64,000 nucleotides of DNA from Eledone cirrhosa (taxonomy: Eukaryota), in assembly GCA_964016885.1 (NCBI GenBank), contig OZ024756.1:35216001-35280000 (forward strand), given 5' to 3'. Positions 63,391 to 64,000 of the stretch are shown one piece after another; position 1 is the first letter of the stretch; every line of letters starts with the position of its first letter. The notes beneath the pieces are model-generated. The model had not been told where the DNA came from and did not search any database. It worked only from the letters and a program-made list of their open reading frames with translations. The position numbers and the translations under genes are program-made.

Positions 63391-64000
63391 GACTGGACCA
63401 TCACCACCGTCTGTGACTGGACCATCACCACCGTCTGTGACTGGACCATCACCACAGCCTGTGACTGGACCATCACCACCGTCTGTGACTGGACCATCAC
63501 CACCGTCTGTGACTGGACCATCACCACAGCCTGTGACTGGACCATCACCACCGTCTGTGACTGGACCATCACCACAGCCTGTGACTGGACCATCACCACC
63601 GTCTGTGACTGGACCATCACCACAGCCTGTGACTGGACCATCACCACCGTCTGTGACTGGACCATCACCACCGTCTGTGACTGGACCATCACCACCGTCT
63701 GTGACTGGACCATCACCACCGTCTGTGACTGGACCATCACCACCGTCTGTGACTGGACCATCACCACCGTCTGTGACTGGACCATCACCACAGCCTGTGA
63801 CTGGACCATCACCACCGTCTGTGACTGGACCATCACCACCGTCTGTGACTGGACCATCACCACCGCCTGTGACTGGACCATCACCACCGTCTGTGACTGG
63901 ACCATCACCACCGTCTGTGACTGGACCATCACCACCGTCTGTGACTGGACCATCACCACCGTCTGTGACTGGACCATCACCACAGCCTGTGACTGGACCA
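63391..64000. repeat. 24-bp minisatellite (GACTGGACCATCACCACMGYCTGT)
   Basis: Tandem units, two main variants; runs off the window end. Confidence 0.97.

Noticed and set aside
63309-63983. (VVMVQSQT)n ORF
   Set aside because: 24-bp minisatellite translation.

Overview
AT-rich eukaryotic genomic DNA, most likely a coleoid (octopod-like) cephalopod judging from its SINE, RTE and MITE families. The whole window lies inside one large + strand gene, a Piezo mechanosensitive channel. I traced 26 GT-AG exons with continuous reading phase from 2234 to 63282 (about 1,330 codons, from the N-terminal blade repeats through the NFFFYKFGLE motif to the beam/SGDYYLFE region). The start codon and the pore-encoding 3' part lie outside the window. 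The introns are packed with tRNA-derived SINEs, RTE-type LINE remnants, piggyBac- and hAT-like MITEs, Helitron/Helentron-like elements, and many mini- and microsatellites. Almost all long ORFs in the supplied track are repeat artefacts. The most unusual signal is a group of short hairpin-plus-tail elements embedded in (TA)n tracts. Several carry minimal type-I hammerhead ribozyme motifs. One is a 154-bp near-perfect inverted repeat (58263-58582) holding a hammerhead in each polarity, and a second family member at 61434-61489 shows stem covariation. Coordinates were read by eye: exon ends were phase-checked, repeat ends are approximate.
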